A DNA stretch of 63,862 nt, the filler included, from Octopus bimaculoides (lineage: Eukaryota): assembly GCF_001194135.2 (NCBI RefSeq). It is 5 parts of 5 records of this genome, joined end to end, with 100 filler letters (N's around TTAATTAATTAA, not from the genome) between each part and the next. Parts side by side here need not be neighbours in the genome. Positions count along the whole stretch, not along the records: positions 61,251 to 63,862 come from NC_068981.1; 4 more parts are not named here. One strand, given 5' to 3'. The position numbers were made by a program, and so were the translations under genes. The notes beneath the pieces are model-generated. The model was given only the letters and a program-made list of their open reading frames with translations. It was not told where the DNA came from and did not search any database. Below, one piece after another: positions 63,687 through 63,862 of the stretch. How positions within the stretch are numbered: position 1 is the stretch's first letter; each line of letters starts with the position of its first letter.

Positions 63687-63862
63687 GTTCAGTAGTTTTA
63701 TTTTTATAACGTGCTTTCACTTCACTACCGAGCGCAGCTCTGTGCGCCTTGGGTATGTGCTGTGGTTTGCTGTGGTGCTCTTATGTTTACTGTATTGAAA
63801 GTGTTTTGCGTAGAATGTGTGCAGTACCCAGTAGTGCAATTTTCTGTATGTTATATATATTT
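63687..63862 (-). mobile_element. R4/Dong 3' end
   Basis: Minus strand IQKIALLGTAHILRKTLSIQ*, 3' UTR, then (TAA)n. Confidence 0.8.

Overview
AT-rich, microsatellite- and retroelement-dense metazoan DNA. The SINE, RTE and R4/Dong repeats look like octopus, but the species is inferred, not shown. About 15% of the window is N. Four N44-TTAATTAATTAA-N44 linkers (20884, 34195, 56864, 61195) split it into five blocks whose adjacency is not proven. Two host genes are recognisable. The first is one large + strand exon of MPND (30887-31746; acidic and poly-Asn N-terminus plus the start of the RAMA domain). The second is three - strand exons of PARPBP/PARI (61150-60975, 59960-59894, 58207-58053), which the ORF track misses. 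The rest is mostly tRNA-derived SINEs (three families), RTE and R4/Dong LINE fragments, a Gypsy pol fragment, a Tc1 fragment, Helitron pieces and simple repeats. Two systems stand out. (1) A palindromic non-coding element joins back-to-back tRNA-like Pol III heads, a (TAA)n spacer and a minimal Penelope-type hammerhead ribozyme. It has three copies (7755, 18340, 53331), and one keeps an intact catalytic core. (2) A head-to-tail array of ORF1-only non-LTR elements (39480-42240) has a 3' tail shared with a SINE at 51168-51407. All family and gene assignments are by eye from remembered consensus motifs; no searches were run, and repeat boundaries are approximate.
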